A stretch of DNA of 64,000 bases from Eledone cirrhosa (GCA_964016885.1 OZ024747.1:82274001-82338000), one strand, 5' to 3'. Shown: positions 15,469-29,432, counted from the first letter of the stretch. Notes: generated from the sequence alone by a model not told the origin. Numbers and translations are program-made.

Positions 15469-16756
15469 GAATAAAGTGGTCCTTCATCAGTGATCTTCCA
15501 GCCATCATCGGTATTTCTTCGCTTTAAAGACCATATACCTCCGGTTGGTGCGAGAAACGGCTAAAGAAAGTCGTTGGGACATGTAAATAAAGGGAACAGC
15601 GAGAATGTAAACAAAGATGGTGAAGCAACGAAAAGTGAGGAAGAACGAGTCAAGTCCAAAAATTTCCATGAATATAAGTTCGGTGAAATCGTGAACGAGA
15701 GAGAATAAAGACCATCAAACCTGGTTGAAATGTGAGCAAGGAAGGAATTTCGCACAGGTCTAACGGGAGGAAGAAGGGGTCTAGTCTGTGAATTCGGTAA
15801 ACATAAGTTCTGTGAAATCGTAGACGAGAGAGAGAAAAATGCCGACCGGCCTGGCCAAGCGTGCGAAAGAAAAGAATTACGCACAGGTCAAACGGGAAGA
15901 AGGAAGATGAGGAGGAGAGGTAGTAACAGAGAGTGAGTGAGTGAAGGGTGAGGAAGAGGCTAACAGAGAGAGTGACTGTTAGAGAGGATAAAGATACAGA
16001 GAAAGAGGAAGCAGTAAGAACGAAATAGACGGGTCACAGCGGGGGAAAAAATATGTGTTACATTAGGGTGCCTGACAATACTTCCAATAAGATATACTTG
16101 AGGACACACTAACGTGACAAAGTTTATTTACACATGTCTAGCTGTAACATTTCATCTGCTATAAAAAGCATTTTTGATATGCATATGAACCACTACATGT
16201 CTTAGAAAACTTATAAAATGAGAATGGAGAATGGAACTATAGTCTATACACAGACTGCACATAATAAATCTGGCATCAATTTTCTAGAGAAAAATCAACA
16301 ATAGCATATCATAATAAATGACGGTACTGTTGTGCAGACGTGAGCTGAAGAGATAAGAAATTACCCCCATTCTAGTTGTTCATCTAAATACATTATGGTA
16401 GATATGGAATGTCTCTCTTCCCAATTGTATTCGATACAATTATTCTGATACACAAATATGTCTGTAAAGACATTTCTCTAAGAGGATATATAGAAGCATC
16501 GTCTAGAAGATAGAAATTTTAGAATCTGTAAACATTGTTAGTTGCATTCATGCACATTTGTTAAATTTGAACACTTTTAGTTAACCTTGAATATTAACCA
16601 TACATTCAGGTCTCCCATCTAAATACTATTTTAGCTGCTATCCAGCAGCAGTAGCGACAAAAGCAGCAGTATTATTATTATTATTATTAGTAGTAGTAGT
16701 AGTAGTAGTAGTAGAATATATTCTCGTTATATTGATGATGGTGATAGCAGTGATAT

Positions 16757-17348
16757 TAATTGGTTCTACTTTTGGCACAAGGCCAGCAATTAAACCCGTG
16801 TATTACTGGTACTTTATTTTATCGACCCTGTAAGGATGAAAGGCAAAGTTAACCTCAGCGGGATTTGAATTCAGATCATAAAGGGCCGTAACTCTATGCT
16901 GCAAAGCATGGCGTCCGACCCTCTACCGATACTGCCAATCCACCGATTTCTAGTATAGGCACAAGGTCAGTTGTTTGGGGGAGGGGAAAGTCGATTAAAT
17001 CGATCCCAGTACGTTACTGCTGCTTTATTTATCGACCCCGTAAGGATGAAAGGCAAAGTTAACCTCGGCAGGATTTGAACTCAGACCGTAAAGGACCGTA
17101 ACTCTATACTGCAAAGCATAGTGTCCGACTCTCTACTGATACCGCCAATCCATCGCCCTGATAATTGTTTCTACTTTTTGGCACAAGGCCAGCAATTATC
17201 CAGTGCATTACTGGTACTTTATTTTATCGACCACATAAGGATGAAAGGCAAAGTTAACCTCGGCGGGATTCGAACTCAGAATGGCAAGGGCCGTAACTCT
17301 ATGCATCAAAGCATAGCGTCCGACCCTCTACCGATACTGCCAATCCAC
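16757..17348 (-). mobile_element. Three tandem SINE A copies
   Basis: Three consecutive full-length matches. Confidence 0.85.
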
Positions 17349-18271
17349 TATAATGGCAATAAAGGTGAAGATAGTTATATGTAATATAGTGATCTGAAAA
17401 TCATCTATTAAGTGCAAGCAATTAGTAGAGAAAATATTTTTCTAGTGGTGTTGAGTCGTTCCGTTTATATTTAAAATTGTGGAATATGATTGGAGGGAAA
17501 CTTGGCTGCTATATCCAGCAGATCGAGCGAATAACTGAAAATTCTTTAGAGAGTTAGTTGGATTTATTTGTTACTTCTGTATTCCATGAAACCTTTTCTT
17601 CTTGATATTGCCTTTATTGTTTTTATTGCTACTATGGTTTAGAATGTTGTTGATGTTGTTGTTATACTCTGCTTATAAAAAACAAAAACAAAAATAAAAA
17701 ACGAAATAAAACCTGATATCTTTTCGAAAGCACCTCTTTCCACGTATATATATATTTTTTTTTCTACAAAATTAAATCAATTAAGATATCGATTATTAGA
17801 GTTAAACCGAAAACAAAAAGTGAAAGAAGAAACTATTGAAATTAAAATATATATTCAAAATCAACAAATATCATAAAGTCTATAAGCGATAGCAGATATC
17901 ACTAAAAAAAAAATTGATAGCAAATATTACCACAGCGTCTCATTTAGATATCTATTTATCGAATGTCGCAAATGGGCAAGTCGAAGTGAAATATTGAATG
18001 TTATCTGTTTCATTGAATTTATCAATTTATTTTTCCATATGAAGAAAAAGTGACTCTGACTCTGTTAGCACATTGACACACTCACGTACACACTCACTCA
18101 TGAACACTAACGTACACATATATAGATACAATTACAAACACACACATTACACAGAATATACAGAAGCATATACGTACATTACACACACACATGCACACAC
18201 TCACACATACTTCTGTCTCATACACACAAACACACACACATACATATATATATGTGTATGTGTTTGTGTGC

Positions 18272-18308
<37 letters not shown>

Positions 18309-19924
18309 CAAAGGGATATTTATTAATATTACTGATATATATATATATATATATACACACAGTATATATGTATATATATTCGAACACATACAACAAAACA
18401 AGCACATTTTTTGACACGTGCACTAAACACACATGGCAGGAAATAGTCACATACACATAGACACACGCGCATATATTTATATATTGTTGTTGTTGTTGCT
18501 TTTGAACCACTGTCGTGTTCGACGACGAGTGTTCTAGTTGATTGAACAACATAAAAGTCTGTCCGTAAAATTAACGTGCAACTGACAGGGAGATTCAGCG
18601 TGACACGTGTGATAAAGTACCTGTAATGCGATTTAATCGACTTTCCCCATATCATTGTTTTCAGCATGATTTATAAAAGAATCTTACATAAAATTATGAT
18701 AGGGTTTTTAAGATAAATATTGACTGCTTTAAAAACAAACAGTTGTGTATCGAAGAAGAGAGCGGTGGATTAAAGAATCATTAGAAGTACAGCAACATGT
18801 TTTGAGGCATTTAGTTATTACTTTTTACATTCCGAGTTCAAATACAGATGCTGTCAACCGTTTGATACATTAACTGACGATACTTTAATGTTAGCAGATT
18901 TAAGCTCTTTGATATCAAACCGCCTGAAACTGGTCTTGGTTCTTCGATACATAACTGCTTGTTTCAAAGTGTTCATATTTATCTAAACAACACCTATCAT
19001 AATTTTATGTAAAAACCTTTAAAATAAAATATCAGTCAATCTTGGGGACACTTCATTTTCTTATATGTCTCTGATGTATCGTTATTTCGTAGTTTATTCT
19101 GCCAGTATTGTATAACATAGCAAAGTGTCACAGTTAATAATGTATTACTGTACCAACAATTAATGTTTTGTTACATATATAACCTGTTTGCTTATTATGC
19201 TTTGAGCGTTTTCTTGGAAAATTGTGTTGTTTAAACCAAGATCAGCAAACTTAATCAAACACGGTCACATCTTGTGGTTATCAGAGATAGTATCTAGGGC
19301 TACATTATCTAATGTGTCTTTATTTTAGGAAGATAATAGGGCCCGATTAGAGGGACATTGACTAAAAGTAATCGTATAACTACAAACATTCAATTGTGTT
19401 GTTTTTTAACCAATCCTCTGTCGATCCATATTGAGCAGAAATATGATTATTCAAAAGTGGTCTAGCCGTAAACATTCCCTTTTTTCAGACATTATGTATC
19501 TAAGACCACGTTATCCAAAGTGTCCTCCCGTTTTCGAGACTAGAGCGCGATTTGTTTTCTATGTTTTCTATTTCTCTCTGGTTTAGTGACCACGTAGAAG
19601 CATCCTTGTTGTCTCAAGAAATTGGTACTTTTCAGAACCACTGTGTAAAGTATTTATCTGATTTTGTGGCAAAGTAGACCTGTTAGGATCTGGTTGAGAT
19701 TTGTGAAGACAGACCTAGCAGATATGTGCGACCATACAGGGCAAAGATCTCTTGTCGCCCAATGCTCCACGGGAAGGAAAATGTACATATTGCTTTTGTA
19801 TTTCTTATATTCAAACAGCTTTCATGTATATATTCTTTGGATGGTTCGATCTTACTACTACTATTTCCCTTAGTCGGATTACTTGTGTATTTTGTGCCTG
19901 TCTTTCTATCCATCCATCTCCTTC

Positions 19925-20005
<81 letters not shown>

Positions 20006-21020
20006 TTATCTATCAAATCTTTCGGATTTTTGTCTTTTGTCGTGTTTTTTGTTTTTTGTTTTTTGTCTATCTACCCCGCTAGCTATCTATCTATTTATCT
20101 ATCTGCTTATCTTATTTTTCTGTATATATATATATGATGCATGCAATTTTATATTAATTTAAGTGCATTGTTTTACGTATTCATAATACAGATTATCGCG
20201 AATATGAATTCACTCATCTTATATACGTATGTACACTTTGCATTTATTATTCTTACATATAATATGCTGCTTATTCGCACTTAAATTCTAAAACAGTATC
20301 GTGTGAGCTTATGCATATGCACTTCCCTTATTTCTATTGTTTTCTCTATCGTCGTCGTTGTTTCTGAAAATAAATGACAAAATGCCTTTAGCAGAAACGA
20401 AAATCCATTCTGAAAGAAATTTTGCTGCTAAAATTCCGTAAATCTCATCAAGAATAATACTATGAAAATATAAATTAGAAATAACAACAGCAGCAGTAAG
20501 AACAATATATATCTTATTCCACACTTAGCTACAAACTTTTAAAAAATGCAAGAACTATCAACGCAAATCCGCCATATTTGTACTTGGTTGCCTTAAATTA
20601 TGATCTCTAACAGATTGTATGATTTATTTATCTCCACGAGCAAGTTACTTTAATATTTATTTATGTAATACTGATTTACATTATTTAGAACAAGAATTTG
20701 TCGTCACAAATCACTTTCACACGATTTTCTTGTGCGAAGCTTTAAGGGAAAATAAACATGAAATAATATCGATGAAGACGTAAATAAACAAGTCAACTTA
20801 GAAAGAAGCTTCAATAAAATCTGTTACTCGACTTGCAAGAAATAGCAGCAAAATTCCTTTTATTCACATTTAAAATGAAGGACGTGTGCAGTGATGTTTT
20901 AATGAATGGGTATGCTGACAGTCACATGGGGGCCCACCTGGTCTAGAGGCACAAATGCTCATCTATGTATGCTATGGTTGCATATATGGAATCCTTAGTT
21001 CATTGCTTTGTTCAGAAGCT

Positions 21021-21205
21021 AATAATTGTTTCTACTTTTTGGCACAAGGCCAGCAATTATCCCAGTGCATTACTGGTACTTTATTTTATCGACCCCGTAA
21101 GGATGAAAGGCAAAGTTAACCTCGGCGGGTTTTGAACTCAGAACGTAAAGGGCAATAACTCTATGCTACAAAGCATGGTGTCTGATACTCTACCGATACT
21201 GCCAA
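21021..21205 (-). mobile_element. SINE A
   Basis: Full-length match. Confidence 0.85.
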
Positions 21206-21883
21206 AATGCTTTGAATATGGCCCTAGATATGAAATAGAAACGACAGTTTAGTCAATGGTGAAAGAATGTCTTAAAGTCTGACAAAAGGAGCTATACAAC
21301 ACAAGAATAACAACAATGACAACAACAGCAACAAAAGAACGTGGGCTAACATATCTAATTATCAACATTACTGAATACTGATGCTGCCGGTTTTTCCTCT
21401 TTTTCTTTTGTTGGTGATACTATTGCTAGAAGAGACTATAGATGTGTGAGGGGTTCTTTTAGCGATGGTGATGGCGGTGAGTTTAGTCTTCCTATTGCAT
21501 CACACATGATTTGGGCGTGTAGTTACAGAAATACTGAAACTTTAGCTCTGCTTATGTCGGTATATATAGATCGTGTATGAGTAAATAGAGATATTAAATC
21601 GAAACTTTTATACGAAGACACTATTTGTAGCAAGAGAAAAGTTTTTGTGCGATTGTGAAATATAGTAGCATTGATAAATACACGCGCGCACATACTTACA
21701 CATATATATACACATACACGCACGTATATACACGTACATATATACATGCACAAATAGAGAGGGAGAAAGAGAGAGTAAGAAAAGGAGAAAAAGTAAGAGA
21801 AGGTGAGGGAGAGAAAAACACGCATACATATCTGATGTATGTAGCAACCAAGATAAACCGTAATATAAAAGATATTGAGTGCG

Positions 21884-21952
<69 letters not shown>

Positions 21953-22453
21953 GAAAGAGGAAGGAAGAGTAATGGCTGCAAAAGTTATGGTGATTAGAGA
22001 TTCGTTGATAAATTTTCCACAAAAATTTTAATTAATTTGATTAAAGAATTAATTCAATTTGCTTCAACTTAAGCAGTTGAAGAGCTATACGAACCTACAC
22101 ACGTAAGTTAACTTCGCCGATTAGCGAACTATCCAAGGGAATAATAATTGTCCATACACATAATAATCATAAGGGTGAGTCTTTAGAACGTCAAATAAAT
22201 TACATTGGAGTATTCGCTCCGATCCTCTGTAATCTCAGTTCCAATAACAATCCAGTACTGCGATCGGTTCTTCCTCTATGAATTTTTCACACGCTTTTTC
22301 TTTCTCTGAAAGGAATCCTCGTTTTACGTTGGAGCATGGCCAATTACACATTTGTCAATGTTTGGTGGGAGGTCAAAACAAACAAGTCAAATACCAACTA
22401 AAGGCACATCGTATATCACAGTATATTTACTGATAAAATGACAAGTCAGTCAA

Positions 22454-22775
22454 TCATATTGGTGGCTTCTCCACAGGCCCGGCAGACATAATGGAGAAGG
22501 CGTTTCCCCGGGGGACGGCAAGGGAGACGCGCTGGAAAAGCCATTCCAACTCGCGAGGCTCACATCTGCAGCTGGCCAACTCAGTGCCTATGGTGGTGAG
22601 TAGGGAGGTAGCCCTAGGGCCGAGGACACCAGAAGTCTCCAATGCCAAGGGTACAACCGGAAACCTGTTGGAGAGCGACCGGTATTTGAAGAGTTTGGCC
22701 TCCTCAGCCCGACATGCAGCAAACCTGGGTTAGTCGCAGACTGTACCAGGTTGCGGCATGGAAAGTAGTGGGGGT
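22454..22775 (-). mobile_element. CRE-clade non-LTR retrotransposon 3' fragment (restriction-like endonuclease C-terminus)
   Basis: AEEAKLFKY...VPLALETSGVLGP...WLFQRVSLAVPRGNA matches the RLE K..KY motif and the CRE C-terminal FQR.S.A.QRGNA pattern. Confidence 0.75.
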
Positions 22776-22946
22776 GCGGCTTCTCTAGTTTTACATTCCC
22801 AACACACTCTGTATGTCACAACATCGCCCTTACGACACTATCAAGAGTCATCATTTCATCTGCGTATATGTATGTGTCAGTGTGTCTAAAGAAGAATATG
22901 TATTTGGTATATATACAACATACTGTGTTTCTTATACGACACATGA

Positions 22947-23043
<97 letters not shown>

Positions 23044-23147
23044 TATCTTTACAATTTTATTATTATGGCTCTAGATAAAGTCTATTGAGCTTGCTTATTG
23101 ATAAACACAAAATTCTAAACATATTTGATATGTTTTGATTTATTATT

Positions 23148-23244
<97 letters not shown>

Positions 23245-23311
23245 ATTTATATATATATTTATATATATATATTTATATATATATTTATATATATATATTT
23301 ATATATATATT

Positions 23312-23343
<32 letters not shown>

Positions 23344-23466
23344 TATTTATATATATATTTATATTCATACAAGGAACAAGTCGCTACCCAAGGCCCAAAT
23401 TTGACCATGCCTCCAGAAAACAAGAGGCATCAAAATAGTGACCATTCTTCAACCTATCTTATAGTG

Positions 23467-23535
<69 letters not shown>

Positions 23536-24509
23536 TTTCTGAATTTGTTTACCAAGATTCTTTATCTGAAAACGTGTGTTGAAACCGATATCGATATGCT
23601 TTGGGAGGGTCATGTTGCCAATAAGAAACACACGCACCAGTTCCTTTCATTCCAATTTATTATAAATTAAATTTATAAATTTAAGAATTTTGTAAAAAGT
23701 CCGGTTGGTTGGCTGTTTCCACAACCGGATGGTTGTTCATATGTTGTCAAAGTTCTTTCGTCACACATTCTGTGACCTCTTCAGTGACTGGGGATTCTTT
23801 TTTTTGTTTTGCGCCTCTCCTTTGTTCTGTCCTACGCCATCTTGTTTTTGTGTGTTGTGTGCTTAGTTTGCGCATGTGTTACATCCGGGTGTCTGTGTGT
23901 GTTTTTATTCGTTTATTTATTTGTTTATTTGTTTGTTTATTTACATGTTACTAGTTGGTTGTTTGTTCTATGTGTGTGTGTTTTCATTTTGTCCTTAATT
24001 GTAAGTTGTGATGTTGCTATTCCATTCATGTATTCTATTTAATTTTGGTTGGAGTTCATTTATGTTTATTGCCTCTGTGATTTGTCTAAACATTGCGTCT
24101 TTTCTGTGTGTAGATATTATTTTTATTTCTATTTTCTCTAATTTGCCCTTATGTTCTATTATGTTCTATTATGTTCTATAAGATAGGTTGACATAATAAT
24201 GAAGCTTTGTGTGAGGATAATTTGATCTAAAATGTCAAATAACATTTGGCGAGATATGTAAATATTCTTAGCAAACAAGAAATTGAATAAAATTTCTTTA
24301 AAATAAACGACGTTAAACAGTATACAGCTGAAAGAGGTTTCACCTTCCATTTTATTTACATAGATATATTCACCCATCTATACACACATCATAACTACCT
24401 ACATATATACATTACATACATACATACATGCATGCATACATACATGCATACATACATACATACATACATACATACATACATACATACATACATACATACA
24501 TACATACAT

Positions 24510-25118
24510 GGTGGCTGCCAACTCGTTTTCGAGTACGGCCACTACTTTATATCCATGTAGGAGAACCTCTACCGATCCGCTGAACGAGTGTGACTTTTTA
24601 GTCCAGCCAGCGACTTGAAAACTCTGGTACAAACACTACACTTGTGACAATTATTGACACATAGTGCTGGGCCCATGGTACCATGTGACGACAAGTGCAG
24701 AGAGATCTCCAGATATAAAGCAATGCCTGTGCCGTGAAGCTTTTATAGTGAGCAAAGGCACTGCACAAAGCCAGTCCCACTCTCTTAACCAAGATGATAT
24801 TTACCAAAAAGAAGAACAAGTCAACATCATTGGATACCATCAGGGTTACAGGTGTTATATCAGAGTTTTCCTTCTCCTAGAATTCTGCCTTGACAAAGGC
24901 TAAGGGGTCATCTCTCCCGGTGATTTTGGATGGCCATTGACTCTTAAGAGCTCCTTTGCCCTTTGACAGGTTTTATTTTTAGTCCTGCAGGGTGTCCAAA
25001 GTCACCCTCCTCACCAAGAAACCTTGGTGGGGTTGCCAGTTTAGTCGCCAACGACCCGACCATGGAACAGGTTGTACTGGGATACATGTTACCAGTAGCA
25101 CCAACTGGTGACCTGACA
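24510..25118 (-). mobile_element. Non-autonomous RTE-type retroelement (about 610 bp) between (TATG)n tracts
   Basis: GC-richer island containing GCCTTTGTCAAGGCAGAATTCTAGGAGAAGGAAAACTCTG, which resembles RTE 5'-UTR motifs; (TATG)n tail; no coding domain. Confidence 0.5.
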
Positions 25119-25257
25119 TAAATACATACATACATACGTAGAACTATCTTCGAATAGGTATCTGTATCTTTTTCTTTTATGTTTGTAAACATAAAAGTGC
25201 ATATACACACCCACCCACGTAGGTCTATATGTGTGCGTGTATATATATATATATATA

Positions 25258-25289
<32 letters not shown>

Positions 25290-25576
25290 AATAATATATT
25301 TAGAAACACACAGATAGATGCGGACACACACATATACATGAATGCATCCACACCCAACCGTGAGTTAAGGGTGCCAACCTCACCGATGTTGCTCAATGAA
25401 TGACTGGGACAGACCAATCCGGTTGAACTAGACTGAACTGTGGTATTTTCTTCGGGGTTATAAGAGGCTTAGCTCTGTTTCTCGACCGTTATATCGCGTG
25501 ACTATCTCCCCCTCCGCCTTTTGGGATTCTTTCTCACGTCGTGTAGACGCGTTCTTGAGGCTAGTAAAATGAGGTA

Positions 25577-25666
25577 TCCTCTTGATAAGTCGGCAGACCT
25601 CGCAAGGACTCCATATCTTTATGATGTATTGTTTTTGTTTATGCCACGAAACTACGTAGTCGAGGA
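25577..25666 (+). ncRNA. Type I hammerhead with U3-A8 core and expanded stem II
   Basis: TCCTC-TTGATAA-GT(C)GGCA...TGCCAC-GAAA-CTACGTAG-TC-GAGGA: perfect 5-bp stem I, palindromic stem III, GUC triplet. Confidence 0.65.
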
Positions 25667-25735
25667 ATCTAGGAGCAGTTTAGGTATGATACATTTTATT
25701 ACTAATTATATCTAAATGTTTCTTCTCTCTTCATA

Positions 25736-25806
<71 letters not shown>

Positions 25807-26411
25807 CACAAGCATACATGTGTTTGTGTGTGTTTGTAGACATGAGGATAGATGTACAATATTTAACATCCACACACACACACACACACACATACATTTT
25901 AAAGTCATTGTCACTTTAGAGTGTTTCATAGATATTTATAATGTTCTGCATATTTGCACTTAAACTCCGAAGCCGTATGTTGTGGGCTTTAACGTTTCCT
26001 ATATCAAGAGAAAGTCACGAAATAATGTTTAATATAGTACTAAAAAATCGGTCCCAATGTGCCTGTAATAAATGTAACGTAATTTCCCTCGTATATTCTT
26101 CTTAAAGGCGCAAGTTTAAGAATGTGCCAAATAAGAAAGTGAGTTTGTAAATTTGTTAGAACGGAAAGCGGAATGCTTTGTGAAATTAGTTTCGATTCTC
26201 TGTGTCTTAAGTTCAAAACTTATTGAGATCAACTTTGCCTCTCAAGTTCGATAAATATAGTATTAGACTAGTAATGGGATTGATACCCCCCCCCCTCTCT
26301 CTCTCTCTCTCAGTCTCCGCCCTCTTTCTCTCTGGAGGAAATTCTGAGTGTTCACACTTGGAAAAGGATGAGCTCTACGATGTTACACCGTATACCACGA
26401 CGGCGCACACA

Positions 26412-26460
<49 letters not shown>

Positions 26461-26541
26461 GGTAAACAGAAATAACAACACAATCGGTACAGTATATGGA
26501 AGGGATATATTAGGTTAACGCTTGATACAGCAGGAAGAGGG

Positions 26542-26577
26542 TCTTAACGTTTCGGACGCTAGTCTTTCATCAGAAGA
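26542..26577 (-). ncRNA. Minimal type I hammerhead (Penelope-type, stem III nearly absent)
   Basis: TCTT-CTGATGA-AAGACTAGCGTCC-GAAA-CG-TT-AAGA; canonical core. Confidence 0.75.
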
Positions 26578-27157
26578 AAGTATTAGATATATATATATAT
26601 GTCGTATTCCACATAGTTGTGATGGGGCTGATAACGTTGTTAGAACTCAATATGTCAATGGAAAGATGGTTGCAGCGAGATGAGGTGGTGTGACCAGTAG
26701 TTTTGATGGTAGGTGACCACCACTTAAGGTTTCCTCGAAAGAAGATCCGTCCATGTTACAGAGTCATTTACATATATATGTTTGTGCATAGAACAATGAA
26801 GAAAGGACAGAAGTCAGACATAGGTAGTTAATTAGTTCATGGTTTTACGATCGTTTCAGAGGGTCGATTGATCGTGGAAGATCGATGTATCGACTAGCAT
26901 GTAGTCGTTAAGCTACCACCTATTTCTAATCTCGAAATTCTTGTTCAATCGGCCGATTGAAGAATGATGCCTTGTTAGCCCGGGATAAAAGCAATCCTCT
27001 GGTTATTTTGGGTCCTTCCGGTTTTTATAAGTTATAGTATAGCAACTGACTGCAATTGCAGTTAATTTCTGCGCTTGAACATCCTACATATCTTTATGAA
27101 TTTATTTCCTCGGTGCTTCATAAGTTCGAAACTTCGAACTTTATACGTCTCATTTGA

Positions 27158-27680
27158 TCATATTACTTTTGGATATCTTATTACTTTCAGATGTCATATT
27201 ACTTTTGGATATCTTATTACTTTTAGATGTCATATTACTTTTGGATATCTTATTACTTTTGGATGTCTTATTACTTTTGGATATCTTATTACTTTTGGAT
27301 GTCTTATTACTTTTAGATGTCATATTACTTTTGGATATCTTATTACTTTTGGATGTCTTATTACTTTTGGATATCTTATTACTTTTGGATGTCTTATTAC
27401 TTTTAGATGTCATATTACTTTTGGATGTCTTATTACTTTTGGATGTCTTATTACTTTTAGATGTCATATTACTTTTGGATGTCTTATTACTTTTGGATGT
27501 CTTATTACTTTTGGATATCTTATTACTTTCAGATGTCATATTACTTTTGGATATCTTATTACTTTTGGATGTCTTATTACTTTTGGATATCTTATTACTT
27601 TTGGATGTCATATTACTTTTGGATATCTTATTACTTTTAGATGTCATATTACTTTTGGATATCTTATTACTTTTGCATAT
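27158..27680. repeat. 18-bp minisatellite, about 29 units
   Basis: Unit (G/A)GAT(A/G)TC(T/A)TATTACTTT(T/C); explains the FGYLIT/LLLDV/SKSNK pseudo-ORFs. Confidence 0.95.
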
Positions 27681-27850
27681 CTCACAAATGATTGAAATAA
27701 GCGAACACCTGTTGCAGTCAACAATTTCCTGAAATACGTCTATTACTACATTGAATTACGCAAAGTTCTCTCTGTAGTTATACTGCTCTGCTTCACACTC
27801 TGGCTCTCACTTTCCATACACACACACTTGCACGCATACACAAACACACA

Positions 27851-27885
<35 letters not shown>

Positions 27886-28783
27886 TATTTTATGAAACAA
27901 CATAGTATATCCATGCATAATTAGCATATATTAATTGTAATAAATAATATTTGTTTGATTCAATACTGATCTAATTATATGATAGCCATGTGTCGATAAG
28001 AACGATCTACACAGAATACAAGTAATTTATGATGAGAGAAATACGCCGTTTGATATATGTTTGATCTCTTTATATGACAATGCTGCGTACTAAACACAGC
28101 TCGATATATCGCTATATTAATTCTTTGTTCCAACGTGAATTGAATTATTTCTTTATTAGAAGGAGACATTAATTGAGATATGGCCGATCACACATTAGTA
28201 AAACATTGCGAATATTAGAGGACTGATATGTTGATAAGGAACTAGCGCTATTAAGAAGAATGTTGCGTGTTATGAAAATATGTAGTTTTAAGGCCCAATA
28301 ACTATTTCTTTACAAACCAAGAACGATATCTTTGATACTTTAAAAGAAACAATTCTAAATGAATTAAAATCAAATGAAGCGATTGATGATTTAAGAATCA
28401 ATTGTATCGTCTATTTCATTCAGATTGCGACGTAAAAGCTAAACCATTGCCGTCCTCCGGAGAAACGCCTTCTCTATTCTGTCCGCCGGGGCTGTGGGTC
28501 GGCCCCATCGTGTACCAGGCCGATAAATAAAGTACCAATCCGACATTGGTGTCGATTCTCCACCCACCTTTTTTCTCAATCCACACACTTCTTAAACGTA
28601 ATATAGCAAATTGGTCTTATGGACGTCAAGCTAGTTAACATTACGACTAAAGAACTAACAAAAATAGCTTCTCGTCCAGATAGTCTCCTGTCCAATATGT
28701 CTGATGAATTCGATTTATCATAATTAGTAAATTTATGCTTATTTTTGTTCCTCTTTCCTCGTTTCATCTTTTCTTTTACTCCG

Positions 28784-28848
<65 letters not shown>

Positions 28849-29281
28849 TGTGTGTATATATATATATGTATGTGTGTATGTATATATATGTATATATATA
28901 TATATGCATGTGTGTATGTATATATATGTATATATATATGCATGTGTGTATGTATATATATATATGTATATATTTATATATATATACATATATATGCATA
29001 TGTGTACGTATGTATGTAGGTATACATATATATATATATATGTATGTAGGTAGGTAGGTATAGGTATATATCAGCGTTTGGCTTGTGTCAGACGCTGTGA
29101 CGCCAAGAAGACTAGCAGTAGGGTTGGTAGGGGTCGAAACTGTCAATGTCCATCTCAACAGCCGATGACCCTGGAGTTCTGGGTTCCTCGTTTATATTTC
29201 TATTTTTAAGAAATATTTTTTCAAGGTTTCCCTTCAATTGTTTTTCGTTCGTTGTCTTGTCCACTGTTTGTTAAGTTTAAA

Positions 29282-29332
<51 letters not shown>

Positions 29333-29348
29333 ATATATAAATATAAAT

Positions 29349-29432
<84 letters not shown>

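Noticed and set aside
24995-25115. Twister ribozyme suggested by GAGGAGGG and TCCCAG on the minus strand
   Set aside because: No UAA L1 strand or P2/P4 arrangement could be built; an HDV-like reading fits better but is also uncertain.
27075-27732. 206/192/165 aa repetitive ORFs and a CRISPR-like appearance
   Set aside because: Contiguous 18-bp units with no unique spacers, no cas genes and a eukaryotic context; frames are open only because the unit is 6 codons.
29097-29150. Hammerhead-like GACG-CCAAGA...GGTC-GAAACTGTC
   Set aside because: The core lacks G5 and the stems are too weak to call.
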